Source: Dimorphilus gyrociliatus (Eukaryota; Animalia; Annelida). Taken from it: a stretch of 64,000 nt of DNA. The notes beneath the pieces are model-generated. The model had not been told where the DNA came from and ran no database searches. It saw nothing but the letters and a program-made list of their open reading frames with translations. Positions 61,104-64,000 of the stretch are shown one piece after another. Position numbers and translations under genes: made by a program. The stretch spans positions 2,495,700 to 2,559,699 of the forward strand of contig CAJFCJ010000019.1 of NCBI GenBank assembly GCA_904063045.1. The letters are read 5' to 3'. Position 1 is the first letter of the stretch. Each line of letters opens with the position of its first letter.

Positions 61104-61910
61104 TTATATTTCTCCTTTTCTATAGAATAGCTTTGTTCCTTTTAAACCGAATCCATCAACTTTAATACAATAGGATATGAGTGAACTAAAAAAGAGGAGG
61201 CCAAGTATCTGTTATTGTATACAGAATTAAGAGTGTAGAAATTTTTAAAAATAAAAAATTTGAAATAGGAATTGCGTACAAGGATGAAAACAAACACGGC
61301 TCTGACCCAGTTTGTCCAATTATATGGAAACTTCCCCGCTGAACTATTCTCTACTTTAAAGTTTCTGCTCATCTTCAGAAAAGGATTTCTTTTAGCATTT
61401 TCTATTTCTTTTTTTAAAATGGCAAATTTTTTATCTTCATCGTTGATTGTTCTCTGTCTTAATTCGTAAGCCTTTTTTACCTTAAATAAATATGGCTTAT
61501 TATGACATCTTGTACAATAAACTCCTATTTACATTATATAGTAATTTTTCATATATATGACTTTCTAAACGATTTGCTAGCTGAACTCTATCAATTTTAA
61601 TTAAAGCCCATTTCAAATCAGCAAAGACTAAATGCAATTTATCTTTACTATTCCATCTTGCCAATTGCTCGTCGCAAGGAAATCGCGGTGGTTCTAATAC
61701 TAGAGCCCTCTTTAGGTTCTTTATTCTTTTACTTAATCTAATTTTTAGAAGTAATATTATTTTGTTACACTCTTCATTTGATAACACATCAGTAGTCGTA
61801 AATATATCCGAATTCGTTAGTTTTAATTCATTCTCTGCTAATTTCCTACCACAAAAGTTATCAATATACGAAAGAATTAGTGTAAATTTCCCCCAAACTA
61901 ACACTTTCAT
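61104..61910 (-). CDS. TMDD1: Transmembrane and death-domain protein 1-like; 3 exons
   Basis: Hydrophobic N-terminus, death-like domain (CDEQLARW..LKWALIKIDRVQLANRL), then a single TM (WVRAVFVFIL|ILGLLFF). Confidence 0.6.
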
Positions 61911-62003
61911 AATAAATTACAATTTATACTGATCGGTTCGGAATTCAAATTAGGCGCCTTACGTTTTTCCGGAATACAGGACCGCAGAAAAATATGGTGC
62001 TGC

Positions 62004-62012
62004 TTCCTTTTC
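62004..62012 (+). promoter_or_regulatory. TCT/5'TOP pyrimidine start of RPL38
   Basis: CTTCCTTTT ahead of a non-coding first exon ending at AAG|GTAGG (about 62039). Confidence 0.6.
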
Positions 62013-62252
62013 CGGTAGCCGTGGTCGATCGCGATAAAGGTAGGCTAAATATCTTTAAATATCTTGTAATTTACAGCTAAATATGCAAAAATTTTTGTGA
62101 AAACTTTACGTATATGTTAATAAGTATGGTAATCACAAACTGGCTGGAGAAAAAATGACTTAGAATAGGGTGTTTGATGTTAATTGTATTGAAACATTCC
62201 TAGCACATTTTCTCATATATACTTTTTCATTTTCAGATCAAATAGCACCAAA

Positions 62253-62582
<330 letters not shown>

Positions 62583-62896
62583 CTGAACTTTGTTAATGTG
62601 TACATTGTGTCGAAATTTTAAGACAATAGACCCAATGATACCAGACATTTGAATCAGTCGTTCTTAATTATAATTGATTTAGTTAGGTAATTCACAGTAC
62701 TCTATGTAGGTTTTATAATCATATTTTCCGCTTGATATCGTTTGGACACATTTATAAGTAAAGTGAGTATTTTATTTATTATGGTTTTTGTATGAGATTA
62801 AAAGCTCCATTTTTTGTTCAGTCATCTCTTCTGCGCCATTGACCAAAACATTAAGGTATGTTTTTAGTTTTCATATTGTAGATAATTCTCAAATTA

Positions 62897-62990
62897 GAAA
62901 ACTGATGAATCGTAAGAATTTGACACCTCTTGTATTAATACCTTTAAAGGTATGATGTACTGAATTCGCTTACGATAACGACTGAATGTA
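62897..62990 (+). ncRNA. C/D box snoRNA, SNORD60/snR48-like, copy A
   Basis: C box 62902-62908; guide TGACACCTCTTG 62921-62932 complementary to LSU rRNA CAAGAGGUGUCA; D' ATTA; hairpin; C' TGATGTA; D box CTGA 62982-62985, 72 nt from the 3' splice site. Confidence 0.85.
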
Positions 62991-63176
62991 GGCAATATAA
63001 ATAATATCAGTTTGCAAACTTTTCAACCCTGTTCTAAGTTATCTCTTATTATTTCAGATAAAAAAATACTGACAGTTTGCTCTCCACAATTAAATAATTA
63101 ATCAATGTAAGTATTATTTTATAAATGTATTTATTTATATTCTATGCGGGCTTTGAGAATTAAAATTAGACAGACA

Positions 63177-63268
63177 ATAAAGTGATGAACTAAAGCATTT
63201 TGACACCTCTTGTATTAACGCTTATAAAGCGTGATGTACTTAAATTGCTTATTAAAATACTGAAGTAA
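63177..63268 (+). ncRNA. C/D box snoRNA, SNORD60/snR48-like, copy B
   Basis: C box GTGATGA 63182-63188; identical guide 63201-63212; D box 63260-63263, 70 nt from the 3' splice site. Confidence 0.85.
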
Positions 63269-63412
63269 AACAAAAATTATATTAAAACATTACCTTTAAT
63301 ATTTTCATCTTGTAATTACCTTTTATCTTTCAGTTACTCTTTCCAATTAAGAATAGCAAACCAACTTGCATTTATAAGGTGTGTATAAGTTTCATTTCAT
63401 TATTAGAAAGTA

Positions 63413-63497
63413 CTTGTATGATGACATTTCATAAACCTAGCTCTCTAAAGACAAGTCTGAACAACTTGTCGGTGCAGACAATTTTTAACTGATTTTA
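63413..63497 (+). ncRNA. C/D box snoRNA, snR69-like
   Basis: C box ATGATGA 63418-63424; guide TAAACCTAGCTC 63432-63443 pairs with LSU GAGCUGGGUUUA (one G-U); D' CTAA; hairpin GACAAGT/ACTTGTC; D box 63489-63492, 72 nt from the 3' splice site. Confidence 0.78.
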
Positions 63498-64000
63498 ATT
63501 TAATAGACTTTCTTAACGACAAATTTCTCTTCATTATACTAATTTTAGCTGTATTTTTTCACAGGTTTTGAGGCCATGATATGAAAACTCGAAAATTGAT
63601 CTTTATCAATGCTCGGCAATTCTTAAGTCAGAAAATGGATCAAAAAATCAGCAATCCGCTCAGTAGAACAGCAGCTATAGGTCGCGTAAAGGGTACTTTT
63701 GCGACCATCGATATTTCCAGTCCAGTAGAAAAGATTCATATTTAACTCGGCATTTATCAATAAAAACACATTACGACACAATACATCGACCTCTAAAAGT
63801 TTCCAATATAATACGTAGATGCGCTATAGAATTTGTTAACTAGCTTTTCTAAATAAAAAGCTAGTTCATTTACACAGGTGTACCATCTCAGATTAGAAAT
63901 TCCTTCACCTCTTCGTTGAAACTTTGTATTAGTATCATGTAGGAATCTTATTAAGTATGTCAGTCCAAGGACAGAGCAAATCTTTTTCTTCTCTAGAGTA

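Larger units (their letters stand above)
62822..63600 (+). ncRNA. Spliced non-coding snoRNA host transcript; exons 62822-62855, 63058-63106, 63334-63378, 63565 onward; ends uncertain
   Basis: Three GT-AG introns of 186-227 nt, each holding a C/D snoRNA. Joined exons have stops in all three frames. Confidence 0.75.

Overview
Eukaryotic (metazoan, probably lophotrochozoan) genomic DNA: AT-rich and gene-dense, with mostly 50-130 nt GT-AG introns and many microsatellites. The compactness suggests a miniaturised annelid genome such as Dimorphilus, but that is a guess. In order, the window holds: the 3' end of a membrane-protein gene; a GH3 beta-xylosidase/glucosidase (-); six intron-containing tRNA-Tyr(GTA) genes arranged +++--- plus a decayed seventh copy; about 6 kb with candidate micro-exons; CaMKII (-, 12760-22342) with duplicated, mutually exclusive catalytic exons and several linker exons; an ankyrin-like gene; AP5Z1 (-) with a decayed Tc3-like transposon in an intron; KHDC4 (-); TBC1D2-like (+); intronless SSR4 and Miro; a PH-domain gene; KIF19; a Ly6/uPAR gene; E4F1; an annexin; FoxJ1; UBALD (absent from the ORF track); MGRN1/RNF157; TMDD1-like; RPL38; and a non-coding spliced host carrying three intronic C/D box snoRNAs. 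The strongest non-obvious signals are the snoRNA host, the CaMKII exon duplication and the FoxJ1-UBALD-MGRN1 microsynteny. All homology calls come from manual translation and remembered family sequences; no searches were run.
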